From Monocercomonoides exilis PA203 (taxonomy: Eukaryota > Protista > Preaxostyla), in assembly GCA_001643675.2 (NCBI GenBank), contig LSRY02000018.1, forward strand, positions 992,001-1,056,000: a stretch of DNA of 64,000 nt. Direction: 5' to 3'. Each line of letters starts with the position of its first letter. Positions within the stretch are counted from its first letter, which is position 1. The translations under genes and the position numbers were made by a program. The notes below the pieces were generated by a model. The model saw only the letters and a list, made by a program, of their open reading frames with translations, was not told where the DNA came from and ran no database searches. Positions 11,801-21,599 of the stretch are shown here, piece by piece.

Positions 11801-12892
11801 TTACTGAGTGAGAGTGGCTCCACTGAATACATCCTTGGAAGAGACTCTGACAAGATTCCTGAATGGGCATTGGAGAAAGATGAGGAAGAAGAGATAAGGA
11901 AGAGAACACCATCTCCATCCATTTCATCGACTTCGACCACAGATACCGAAACAACACTTGTTCGGGGAGAGAATATATGCCCCACCACTTCATCCATGTC
12001 AAACCTTGTGGATGCAATGGCATGTTCGTCTCCTCATGAGAAGCTGATTGTGGATCTGAGGGATTCTCTGTTCATGCTGCTTCATGGAAGAAATGAAAAA
12101 AAAGAAATGGCAATTGGGAGCTTGAAGGAGAGGGAGCAGACAGCTGCACAGATTCTGTTCTGGGTGGCTAATCTCGCTCTTCACTCATTTGATGAAATGG
12201 AAAACAAGCTTCAGTCATTGTCCAGTTTGAGTCCTCACATTGTGTTGTTTTCCGAACATATGGTCATTTGCATTGTGATGCATTCTGATTTCCTTTCATC
12301 TGACGATTCTGATTCATCTTTCTTGTCTTCGATAACCATTGTTTCCTCTTCATCCAATATTTCAGTTAAGAGCGAGAGATTCACAGACTCACCACCACCT
12401 TCATCGGCATTTGAGGATGAGAACGATTACAAAAAGGAGTGCCTGAGGTGGAAGGCACCAGAGTTGCAGATTAATAAAAAGATGGGAGCAACAAAAGAGT
12501 CGGTTTCGTTCTCGATTGGGATGATGCTGTGGGAGTGCCTAGCACTGGAGATTCCATTTGGGGAGTATGAAGCTGTGATAGCAGGAGAGAAGATCAGAGA
12601 TGGACAGAGGCCAGATATATCGAGAGTATCTGAATCGTCGCTGAAGCAGTTGATTGGGAGGTGTCTGTCTGAGGCAGGAGGGAATCGGCCTTCTTTGGAG
12701 GAGATAAAGCGGGAGACATTCCAGCATTTTGTTGGAGGTGCAGCAGTGATGACGATGTCAGATGCAATTTGCTATGTTGAGGGATCGAGCTATGTGAGAG
12801 AAGAGAGGAGCTGTTCAGAGAAGGAGGTTAGAGGAGAAGAGGAAGGGCAGAAATGCAACGATGAAAATAAAGAAAAGGAAGAGATGTGTTGA
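5900..12892 (+). CDS. Giant intronless type I membrane protein: signal peptide, Cys-rich GGA(I)/GGG beta-helix (Pmp/pectin-lyase-like) ectodomain, transmembrane helix, degenerate TKL-like kinase C-lobe
   Basis: 2330-aa ORF with hydrophobic N-terminus, repeated GGAI/GGGI...FxxC motifs and CGxxxxPC modules, TM WIVIIMAAVLLIVLIVSIVLAV, and C-terminal LRWKAPE, FSIGMMLWE, EIPF and RPS motifs. Confidence 0.85.
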   Translation: MLSGIYSLIGIICVQFLCIGAASAEAEQAEKSINERNIYYLKNPLLNVLQNDASDGKYVCEVIAEGNEDGTKEAEKHEKGMNNCVKMLNEGYNRIEEGNPDEKTNNSKFYEEQKMWKGGRCFRESMIEGCLILVNSSMKLKSLGLRQNDEGNVIKAGHGSHVELKECDIMTVSETSPFCLSGSCGLLTNISLRSSSTTFLKAFPSLFSSKALEGKHSGKCVVSIFSSHFSSFCVSSAPFISSPSIPLVSLSKLTFFNISTATSDCSSSATSFYETSCLMSSCSFSSVCDVYDGGIVPSLNNPFSSLTASNSSFIGCCRTRNVKHEGTSDGKLTPGRQNTTENGANSFTWCEWNGSKTTGTSDSVSDGMSSGGAICMYNLKNGELSVSHCSFNGCIAFSRGGGLFCHTIKSIHIENNVFNVCTAQNQHGGGMLIYTISSCTCISGCELQNCKAKGTGGGIYLSNLNVSGTGCVGVEYGGGENACIFDCNINSCSVSNNYGGGMHCQNAPAAFKMRSMQFISCSARQEGGGLDFRPYQSTAPGDKLYCYFFFFHDCRCTTTSTPYGHDAYFQDNYNLFSSNNPFDESYTTNIDNARVCYAFNYSKPQGYTYQHTEKKDWLKEGMKDRYVGVSGSNKNNKCGADEINSCLSVGNAVEKSIFWMRSTITVLDGKHVSEKETINIGEKKINVLGKGKETSVIGTNSLSSSSITLFSVTSGQLAVGHVGIDHNATRDSSPNVFVVSVGSGTLSLEDVLIFSSVNGESEISASIFVMELSQLRMSDIEIENMKMSQPLFVEPSTEESVQGESMLVNVTIRNVNRTTEGDGVVMAKSVKGGETFVVWNTTIEECECMNGNGGGIKVELLSSTSKVLIGDSMSHSGGTTSFNQCKCSKCGGGIFLSLADADAQFELSNTLVFERNEAEYGRNMFISASDLNKTVTNDSFNFNYLSMINDKTLFVGSDNFHSNKDLFMFLVPYSSFEIFISSSGFDVARCGSEKEPCFTMWKGMENMKIGTGMKTIQIEGSTFIRDSFNVSNYQIKKSVKMGEENVKATLNFEKAIGSQLEYFMENDIHLELTNIQLHLTSGFGNSAKTIISNRGGDLVIRECSFHSEAGVNNGFDSVFVDVIGGSMEVNDLSIESCNVGNSIFVIHDSGITCHFVNVRVESLNESRGCILSIKKSEQGLKINEGDEEYVNIEIDKSSFSGIKRSGNGPSVLESMSENKICLVVNESSITEGKAETSENGGAIFFSLGKSGSMKMIKSEVSQCSCTNGKGGGVYLGTKERGDLNFTFVGMKFSANTASVGNDIFIECFNITSQINERQFRFDLRENHYSRINAIYGRDECEYKDDTNLIGFVTIHQSDTIIVSSVNGSDERQCGTNALLCHSIDYGLMHLTSDFMSVMIVVEESVIGGEINLKEMSLSSKNRDLCEVEVETEIEKTREALVTTTGTVSLVRVNFAFDSNFISSHESLISPEGGILEVMNCSFTTKQLTEGVNEEFANIPYHIFNMAKGELQLDGCTISYLILQKSALYLSSTILSTVDSITIFNSTIETSLIDINECGQLILEDFNTENVTVEGSGESLISCSSMKNTMQLTNCTMSGVCSKTPKGKLMKLENCTDVKMDSCIFDGSSKERNEKNLNEEKDICRWDGSLVDVVKSSVVMKDTTISNSPDGGITMSGGRIVIKAGNFSNNNPSIEGYPSLRRNVICSDSGTLNLMSLKGGDGVLPNSSLWILNDGCSFEGIASERDSSFFIPVLESVEAKEEANRMKLTFKGMLLVPCNLSFSIVKRKGEEKEIEKHDFDSNGFLSEREVEGSVAKDLISSCGNEIEVSAHILFGNSNSPSSTNSFILKNASEAKANGDERIAEGGKEGKSLWMWIVIIMAAVLLIVLIVSIVLAVRWRKAKNEAKDLREIVNDNIKKDPKAFEMVTMEMTPEEQWRRAEREAEKKNEERIKKRINGKEMVHSESEEYLLSESGSTEYILGRDSDKIPEWALEKDEEEEIRKRTPSPSISSTSTTDTETTLVRGENICPTTSSMSNLVDAMACSSPHEKLIVDLRDSLFMLLHGRNEKKEMAIGSLKEREQTAAQILFWVANLALHSFDEMENKLQSLSSLSPHIVLFSEHMVICIVMHSDFLSSDDSDSSFLSSITIVSSSSNISVKSERFTDSPPPSSAFEDENDYKKECLRWKAPELQINKKMGATKESVSFSIGMMLWECLALEIPFGEYEAVIAGEKIRDGQRPDISRVSESSLKQLIGRCLSEAGGNRPSLEEIKRETFQHFVGGAAVMTMSDAICYVEGSSYVREERSCSEKEVRGEEEGQKCNDENKEKEEMC

Positions 12893-13982
12893 AGAAACTG
12901 AGAAGAAAATATCTTGGAGATTGCTGCAAATAAGAGGGGACAAAAGTGAAACAAAGATTCGATTGCTCATATGCATTTGTATTTCGAAGAGAATATTTCA
13001 AGATTAAGCAGCTTTCGATATTTTGGAAATTGGAAGGAATATTCAAAACACATAAGAATCAGAATTGTTTGGTGATTGCAAATGGGTGTTTGCTAACCAC
13101 TTGGATTGAGTTGGCTGAACACTGTTGAATTCAATGAAGAGCTTTTCTTTTCTAATCACCTTTTTTTTTCAGACAGAGTATTTATTTGAAATTATTTCGA
13201 TTTTTGTTCACAATTACACTTATTTATATTTTCATTCAGATTTTTGTTTGAGAGAGATTTGTTAAGAGTCATTTGATTTGAAAGTCATTTTCTTTGTTGA
13301 ATTGTTCTTATTTATTTATTTCTTCAAATCTGTATTCATCAAATTCCAAAACAACACCATTGGCAACTTTTTTTCGTTTGATGCGTATTTTACGATGATA
13401 ATATGCAATTCGCAAAGATGGTCATTTGAGTTGATATTTCTCACATTCACTATAATATCATTTTGAGTGTTCATTTTCGTTTTTATGAAATATTCAAATT
13501 GTGAATGAGAATTATTGTTTGTTTTCATGATAGTCAGTGTTCTCTTCTGAAAGAAATTGTTCGGTTTATCATCATCAAAATGATTGTTTCCTTTGGAATA
13601 TTGATCAATAAAAAAGAATTCGTGAAAATGAAAAGATCTCTGAATGTGAATGATTTTTACATTTTCAATTCATTCAAATGGCAAAAAAACTGAACCTGAG
13701 GATAAATGAAAAAAGCACTTGGAACATTTCATAAAAAAACAACAAACTTATGTGCATAATCTGTTTGAATAATACACAAATTGTTTTTAAAATGTTGATA
13801 AAGCTTTATTTGAATTTGAAGGTGTCAAAAATTTGTTAATTCAAATTAAAAAACAAGAATGAAAAAAAGAAAAAAATAATTTGAGCATTCTATCAAATTG
13901 GAAAAAATTACATAATTAAAAAACTTTGGATATAATTTGAATTGAAACATTAAATTCTGCATAATGAAAGAATTTCTAACAT

Positions 13983-14250
13983 GGGACAAAATATTTGACT
14001 TCAGGCATATTCATTGAAAAATCATGGAAATGAGATGAACTTATAGTGATAAATATATTTGAAATAAATGGGTATATTTTTTGAAATACGTTTGATGTCA
14101 CAAAACACAATGTTATTATATCAATGATGTTTGTTTACAGACATGAAAATCAAATTTATTTCAAAATTTGAGAAAAAGAAATAAAGATATGAGAGAATCA
14201 ATATTTCAAATTATGGTGCAGAAAAAGCTTGAAAGTCTGAATTTCACCCC
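13983..14250 (-). mobile_element. MITE family D (268 bp)
   Basis: Ends GGGACAAAATATTTGACTTCAGGC...GAAAGTCTGAATTTCACCCC; flanks ACAT/ATAT. Abuts the truncated 5' side of Merlin copy 1. Confidence 0.8.
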
Positions 14251-15521
14251 ATATTTGAAGGAGATATCTTTTTTTCGAAGTCATCTCCAAACAAACTCTT
14301 CTTTTTTATTCTTTTGTATTTAGTGCAAAAATTTTGAATTGATCAGTGCTTATTGTTGACTGGAGTTGGTCGAAATACAGTCGGTTTTTGGTATTCTGTT
14401 GCTAGAGCATCAATCGGAATTCCAATGTCGAGTGTGAGGCTTGTTCTTGGAGGAGAAGGATGTATTATGGAAATGGATGGAGTGATTTCGAAAAAAAGAA
14501 AGTTCCACAAAGTGAAAAAGAAAAACAAAGATGGCTTAATGGTGCAGTGCAAAGAAAAGAAAATATTAAAATTGGGAAATGTTTATTATTAGAGTTCCTA
14601 ACAAAAAAGAAGACTCTGATACTTATCATTGAATCAAACCATCAGAAAGGAACAACGATTTTCAGTAATGAGAAGTGGTGCATATAAGTGCTTGAATGAA
14701 TTGGGTTTCAAATATCTGACGATCTACCACAAATACGAATTCAGAAATTCAGAAACAGGAGCATGCACTTATTTGATAAAGAGTTGAAGGTTTCATTGAA
14801 GAAGATAATTGCCTCCTTGTGGAATAAAAGAAAAGTTTATCGATGATTTAATTGCTTCGTTTTTTCTTCAACGAGAAAATGATATGCTATTACAAGAATT
14901 TGTGAGGAATGTCACCAATTACAAGTTAACAGAAGTTGCATTTCCCTGTGACCATGATGATGGAGAATGAGACGATGAAGCAGATGTTCCCAAAATTGAG
15001 AAGAAAGCAGTTTATATTCATGAGAAAGATAATGAAGATTTGGGAGATGGAGCAGATGCGAGTGAATATTTTGAATCATAACATTTGTGATCATTTTTAA
15101 ATGGGGCATAATATTTTTCTTCAGGCATTTTCATTGAAAAATTATGCACTTTTCATTGACTTTTTGAGATCAAAAAACATAGTTAAAAGGGATTTATTTT
15201 TTGACATTTGTGAAATGTCACCACACTTTATGTTTTTATTTCAACGATGCCTGTTTGCAGATATGAAAATCAAATTAATTTTGAAATCCGAGAAAGTTAA
15301 ATAAAGTTATGAGTGAAACCATTATTTTGTCCTTTGTGCAAAAAATGCTTGGAAGTTCATATTTTCCCCCAAATATTAATGAGCAATATTTTCAAATACT
15401 TAATGAACTTGAACAACACAAACCCGCTATTATTAACATGTTAAAATGCATTTCAACAATAAACAATTTGAAACAAAGTTGTTATATAATTTTTGGCTAG
15501 GAAGGAAAGTGAGCATATGCC
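14251..15521 (+). pseudogene. Merlin/IS1595 (ISXO2-like) DDE transposase remnant, copy 1, 5'-truncated
   Basis: LGGEGCIMEMD...KKRKFHK and acidic tail ending GDGADASEYFES* (stop 15079-15081), with several stops and frameshifts. Collinear with about 52017-53020; the 3' flank is interrupted by MITE D. Confidence 0.85.
15103..15370 (-). mobile_element. MITE family D (268 bp) inserted in the Merlin 3' flank
   Basis: Perfect AAAT duplication. Removing the element plus one AAAT restores an ungapped alignment to the equivalent site at 52857-52883. Confidence 0.88.
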
Positions 15522-16458
15522 AAAAGTGTGAATGGGCGAAAAACGATCTGAAAAAATTCGATTTCAGTATTTTTGTTTATTTATGCTATTATTAATTTAT
15601 GCAATTATAATATTTCGAAAGTGGTCTTTCAAATTGCAGTGATTCAAAACTGAAAATTTATCTTTGAAATCCAAAAGAAATTTTTATTTCGAAAACTTTT
15701 CACTAATAAAAAGAACCCCAATCAGTCGATTAATTCAAAATTTTTCGTTAAACATAACCCTAATAAACACATTGATAAGGGGAAAATTTTTATTGATAGA
15801 ACGCATTGAGACAGGTTTGCTCCGAAATTATGAGAATTGATTGTTAAGTTTGGGTGGTTTGAGTGAAAACTTTTCCCTCCCAAAATGAAGTGGAAAAAAG
15901 TGTGAGATAATATACAAAACTATAGCATTAAAAAATTGTGTAATAAAATAATGTATTGTTTGCTTCTCTTCACCACCAACTTCTCCTTTTTCCATGGCGG
16001 CAAAGACCAGAGTGCGTGGGACATTGCCACTCTGAGCTTTCTCCTGCAATCCGTGTAGGGGTGCGGTGGGGCGGGTGTTCCAAAACGGATCTGAAAGAAA
16101 AACCAATCAAGCTTTCGCGATGCGTGGAAAAGGAAACTGCCTATGCAGTACTCTGCCTCCCGCTTTTTTGCTGTATAAGCAGTTCAACCACAGTCATCAC
16201 ACACTGCATATAAAAAAAATATTATTTTTTTCTTTCCTACTCATTCACACAAAATATTGGAGAAGGCCTATGATTAAAACTGTTTCTTTATTCCATTTAT
16301 ATCTGTCCTGGTTTTAGGTGCACACATGTCTCTTCGGGCGGGTGTTCTCTTCATCTTTCCTTTAATATCTAACCCTTTTCCCAGTCATCTTTCAACCTGT
16401 GAATTGCTCATTCTAACACTTGACCACATATCGTCTCTCCATCCGCGTTAGTATTATC

Positions 16459-16536
16459 TCGGAGCAAACCTGTCTCACTGCGTTCTATTAATTCACAATA
16501 GATTGAATATACCAACGCAAGGAGCAGGTTTGCTCC
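16459..16536. repeat. Internal complementary region (ICR) of the DIRS element
   Basis: 16459-16488 is the reverse complement of 15796-15825 (29/30 match) and also pairs with 16514-16536. Confidence 0.8.
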
Positions 16537-17131
16537 TCGATAATGAGTCTTGAAAGCCCTTTTGTTGTATTTTTTTTCTTATAAAATTTTATAATTAATT
16601 ATTTCATTCTTGTATGATTTTAAACCCACCCACCTAGCACGTCATGGTGCGGCTGATGTTTAGAGTGCCTGTGGATGAAGATGAGGCACCCATGCTTTTC
16701 ACTTTCCCTCTCTTGGGGTATTTCTAAGGCGCCTCCGTCAGGGCACCAGATTTTGCGATGTTCTTTCCCATCTGTCCAACACTTCACACACCACTCTTCT
16801 TTCGATCCCTGCCTTTCTTTCGATGAGGAGTTGTATCTTCTCTTCACGTCAGCTCGCAAACGCTGCTGGGAATTATGGAGAGTGCTTTCCAATGAGAGGG
16901 TTGTCGTGGGATGGCATTCTGTGACTTCGTTGTTTCGCTTTGCTTTCCCCCTCACCTCTGCGGACTGTCTTTTCTCCTTAAGCACTTCACCGTATCTCTG
17001 TTTTTATCTTCTGCTGCTGCTATAGCTTTCTCTTCGGTGCGATCTTTTCGATCTGCTTTTGTTTTTTTGATTCTCGCTTCCTTCCTTTCACAATCCTACT
17101 CTCACTTGTCTGCTTCTCCTCTGGGTGGTTC

Positions 17132-18976
17132 TTAGCTACCAATTGTCTCTGGGAAACATTTTGTGTCCTGAACTTGTAGCACGGTGTAATACTCCTGGGC
17201 TACTCTAGAGCCCGGAGCACATCTCGCATATGCATTGATTGCATTCCAATCTGCATATTCTTGTTCTGCTGAATGTGTTTTCACTGCATGTTTAATCGAG
17301 TACGTGGTATATGCATCGGATATTACATTCTCTCTCAGTTCAATTACCAATTCTTCTTTTTTCCTCTGCAAATTTGCAGGTTGATTCTCAATAACATCGA
17401 ACCACACATGTCCATCCTTGAATGTTGTCCTGGTGTAATCCATCCAACGTTGGAGCACCACGACTGCATCGATACGTGGGTTTGGATGCTTATTAATATT
17501 TACTATAATAATCTTCCCTCCATTCGTCTTTGTCTGAACTTGTGTTTGTGTTGCATTATCCTTGAATGAAGAAGTCTTCCTCCTCATTCTCTCCAGCTCC
17601 GCTGACTTAAACACCCAAAAATCACAGTGAGGATGAGGGTTCTTCTTTGGAGAATTTGTAGGTCTACAGAATTCCATGTGGCTTCTGCCCATTTTGTAAT
17701 TATTGAAAGATCCCACATTGATTTGCATCGCTTGCCCCTTCTTGGTTTCTTTCCCACATAGGTTTTTCGAAATATCTCTATATCCTTCCCATCAATTTTC
17801 GTCTCTCTTAACATATTTTTTGAATCAAGTACTTTCCGTACAGTCTGATGAATCACTCCACTTGAAAGATTTGTGTTAGATAGAGTCTCAAAAAAATCTG
17901 CTATAATCCACTTGTTCTCTTTGGTTGTGAAGGGGTCAGTATCATCAAAACTTTCTTCGTCTAAAATTTGTTTTAATCTTAACAGCGTTCTCAATGTTTC
18001 TCTTTCACTCTTTAAATTTCTCAGTATTGCTGCTGCAATGTCCTTCGCTCCAACGTATTCTCCCCAAACTAAAAAGAGGTCCCTTCCTTGGGTATTTTCC
18101 TCTCCAATGTGGGTAATTCTTTTTGAAAAGTCACAAATGTTTAATTTTCATGAAAAACAAAAATTTCATATTTTGCTCAAATTTTTGTTAACATACACCA
18201 AACTTCACTAATAAGGAATCTATTTCTGTATAATGCTATTTCGTTCACTTAGAAGAATATTCGTGAGAAGAAACAGAAATTTGAGCAAAATATGAAATTT
18301 TTGATTTATTTGAAAATAAAACATTTGCGACTTTTCAAAAAGAATTACCCGTGTAATATTTATTACATCTCCTGGGGGTTATTTTCAGCCTTCCCTTTTT
18401 ATCTCTTCTCCTGAATTCATACACTCCTGAAAGGTACCCAGGGTCTTTATCGAATGCCCAGGCTGCTGCAGCGTAGTCCAGGTCTACCCACGCCAGGCTT
18501 GCAGAATCAGAATCGTCAGATCCCTCTGAGCTTCGTTCATCTTCTCTTTCATCACTCGTCCAATGTTTCTCAGGAACGGGTGGACTAGCACTATGTCGTC
18601 TTCTGGTGTTCCTCTCTCTTTCTTCCTTCTCACGGAGGATAGTCTCCAAGTACTCCCGCAGGGAACCGGTGCAATCTGTTCTAAAGTTGTATCTCGTATT
18701 CTCGGTGCGGCTATTTGCAATATCTCTGCGACTTTCTCCCCCCTCAGTGCATAGTCCAGCTTTCTCTCCATCCGGCTGAGTGCGTCTGCCTCCGTGTTCT
18801 GCTCTCCCTGGAGGTGTTCTGTCTGCATTGTCATGTTCAGGTTGTTCAATTTCTTCTCCAATGCTCTCAGTGTTGGAATGAGCGATGGCGCTCCCCTCTT
18901 CTTCTGAATCGTCCATCTCGTGGACATGTTGTCTGTCTTCAGACGAATATGATCTGTCTTCTGCTGTTGCAGCCAC
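17132..18976 (-). pseudogene. DIRS tyrosine recombinase ORF, split by a MITE and a frameshift near 17610
   Basis: IFGCL-(fs)-SAELERM, YSIKHA (HxxR-equivalent box) and terminal QEYY (putative catalytic Tyr). The 213-aa ORF 18335-18976 fuses in frame to the 17994 frame once the MITE is removed. Confidence 0.8.
18111..18350. mobile_element. MITE family F (240 bp, TIRs about 80 bp) nested in the DIRS element
   Basis: GGGTAATTCTTTTTGAAAAGTC...GACTTTTCAAAAAGAATTACCC; flanks ATGT/GTGT. Confidence 0.92.
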
Positions 18977-20358
18977 GCTTACTTTCTCTCTTGTGTCCTC
19001 AACACTGCTCTGGACTCCTTCTCGTTTATCGCTAACGCACTCTTATGGAGTGTCCAACTTCCGTGAACATAAGTCTTCTCCTCTTTGTTCTCTCTCGGTA
19101 TTGTTAATACTGCACGCCAACCCAGCTCTGAAGCGTCCGTTGCAAGTTCTGCTGGGCTTGTTCTCTTCCTCAGGCACCTTGATCTGTTCTCTCGAAGTGT
19201 TTTCCTCCAATGTGTAAATTCTCCTAACATCATTGGGTTGGCTATCACAGTTCCGTTCCAGCCTCCGCGGGCTATTGCCCTCCTCAGTGCGTATTGCATG
19301 CGTTTCATCCACAAACTGGCTGGTAGATGTTGCAACCTCACAAAATTCAGCTTCCCGAGGAGTGCTGCTAAATCCCTCGTTTTCTGTCTCCTCCATTTAT
19401 GTGCATGTGCTATCCATGTTCTCACATCCTCCAGGAGCAGCACTCTCTTCCTTTCATGCAGCGTCACTTTCATCTTCTCTGAATTCCACAACCACCCCAG
19501 AAACTCCACGCTCCCTGTTGGTTCTTGATTCAGTTTCTCTTCCGACAGTATCCAGCCCAGATTTCTCAGAAACTGGGCTATCTCCTGTGAGATCAATCTC
19601 AATGCATCCCTGTCTATGTGCATGAGGAGAATGTCGTCAATGTATATTACAAGCTTCACTTTCCACTGTCCTCTGATATATGATGCTACCCGTCTCATTA
19701 TCTTCGTGAAAACTCTTGAAGCATCCTTCACTCCAAAGTGCATCCCTACGTAGTAAAAGTATTGATTTTGAAAGCTGAAGCACAGGAAGGGACTTAATTG
19801 TTCGTCCACTTTGACATGCTGATAAGCGCTCGATATGTCAAGAGTGGTCATCCAATCGTTCTCCTCCAGGAGTTCCACAACTGTCTCCTGGGAATCCATC
19901 TTGAAATGCTTTCCCTGCACTTCCTCGTTTAGCGCCCTGCAATCTGGTATCTTTCTCCGCTTTCCGTTTATCTTTATCACCATGAATGTCGGGTTGAACC
20001 ACTTCACCTCCGACTCCTGTATGGGCTTCATCACTCCTTCTTTCAATTCCTCCTCCAAGAGGGATAAATAATTGTTCATCATCTCTGTTGTTCCCCGAAA
20101 CTCTTGTCTGTGTTTTCTCTCCTCCAGTGAGATTGGGGATTGGGAACTTTTCCATCGAGCTTTTATACTACGGCTCACCAGTTTGTCTTCCCCAATTTTC
20201 TTCCACTCATTCAGTCTGTTCACTAGTCTCCCAGGAAGTGGCTCCTTAGGTGGTCCAATCACTATATTCTTCTTCACTTCTTGCTTCTTGTGGCCATGCT
20301 GCGTCTGTGTGATCTCTTCCCCTTCAAGAGTATCAAATATTGCCTTCTTCGAGCTCAT
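18351..20358 (-). pseudogene. DIRS reverse transcriptase-RNase H-methyltransferase-like ORF with premature stops
   Basis: PGRL...W, LDISSAYQH, MHFGV, YIDD, FLGW, ATDASELGW. After the TAA at 18979-18981 the same frame continues KTDN...NTEADALSR...VHPF...ILQAWRG. Confidence 0.9.
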
Positions 20359-20548
20359 CTCCAGGGCTCTCCCAATTAGTGACTAGAAAACAGTCCCAGA
20401 AGCTTTCCAAACTCCCTTTTCTTTCTCCTTCTCGAATCTCCGATAGCTCTTCTGTCCTATTTCGCGGAGATGTGCGGAGTCTCCTTCCACACTCTCTCTC
20501 CGTATTTTCATCTAGCCATGATCTTCTGTTTATTGGAGTTTTGTCATT

Positions 20549-21590
20549 TCACTGGAGCCTGACGGTCTCTCCTCTTTCTCTGTCTTGCGAAAAAGCGCTG
20601 CTCTCTCTTCTCTCTCTTCTCTCTCCTCTCTTCTCTCTCTTCTCCTGCGACCATTTGTTGGCTCCAATTGTTGATTTCACAGCTGTCCCGCTTTGAGTCC
20701 TTTGTGGGGCTGGGGGCAATGGTCCAGTGATTGGGACTGGTCTCACAACGAAGGTTGGGACGTACTGTATTTGGAACTTGGGCATTCTTTTCTTTCCTTT
20801 TTAGTCTGTGAAGCTCCTTCCGTATCCCCTTCTCTGGAGCTGTCTATATACGAATCCCTGTGTGCTCCTTCCAGAACTGTATCTTCTCGGGAGTCCACTT
20901 CTGGTCGTTGCAGACCCGAAACCTGTTGTGGAGTCGGGAGATGCACCGTCCACTGATGCATCTCCCCCTCCAAATGAAAAAAGCTGGTGCTCTTCACGAT
21001 CTTCCGTTTGTTCTCCAGAACATCGGTCGTCATTCCCCCTTCAAAAAACCTTTTTGCGTTCCGCCAGATCGACTGTCAGATCACCTTCAGCAGGCTTATT
21101 CGGATTATTCAGTCGGTTGTGAGTGCGCAGGACCATAATGTCCCTCGGAACAACTCTTTCTCCTCCTCGGAGTTATAAGTTTTCTTCAGCTCCTTTGCTG
21201 TGAGAGCTGTGATTTCTTTCGCTGCTTTAAAGACAGATTCCAGAGCCTGCAGGAGGAGTTCAACAATCCTGCTCGTCTCTGATGAATCTCTTCTCCACTT
21301 CGCTGTAATGGATGTCCGAGAAAACTATTTTCAGCATGCGTTAGTGTGTCCTGTAAAAAAACTCTTTCTCACTAAAAGGAATAAATGTATTTGAAATGTC
21401 TTCACTCATTCTGATAAAGCCAGCTTTACAAAACTCAATGAACTTCCTTTATTCACACGCCTGAATCCAGGATGTCAGCCATTCCATGGGGAAAATTTTT
21501 TTAAAGTCTTGTGTTCTTTCTTTTTCTTTCTGCACTTCTTGCTCTTCAATCTTCCATTCACTTTCGTCCTCATCCTCCAGTCTCTTCATT
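20549..21590 (-). pseudogene. Degenerate gag-like ORF1 of the DIRS element
   Basis: Fragmented ORFs of similar elevated GC directly upstream of the RT. No diagnostic motif; called by position. Confidence 0.5.
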
Positions 21591-21599
21591 CGGCAATAT

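Larger units (their letters stand above)
15792..21599 (-). mobile_element. DIRS-type tyrosine-recombinase retrotransposon, decayed, 5' terminus not found
   Basis: Minus-strand order: gag-like region, RT (YIDD), RNase H (TDAS, TDN, NTEADALSR), methyltransferase-like remnant, YR. The terminal about 34 bp is complementary to an internal segment at 16459-16492. Confidence 0.9.

Noticed and set aside
13983-15370. Two direct 268-bp repeats around a transposase, resembling LTRs or an IS-flanked composite
   Set aside because: Each repeat has its own termini and flank duplication, and Merlin sequence continues beyond the second, so they are independent MITE insertions.
15755-15763. TAACCCTAA telomere-like motif beside the DIRS end
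   Set aside because: Only 1.5 units, expected by chance.
18979-18981. In-frame TAA in RT-RNase H as programmed readthrough or a TAR=Gln genetic code
   Set aside because: Host genes here end in TAA/TAG and have no internal TAR codons, and the element carries other stops and frameshifts, so decay is the simpler explanation.
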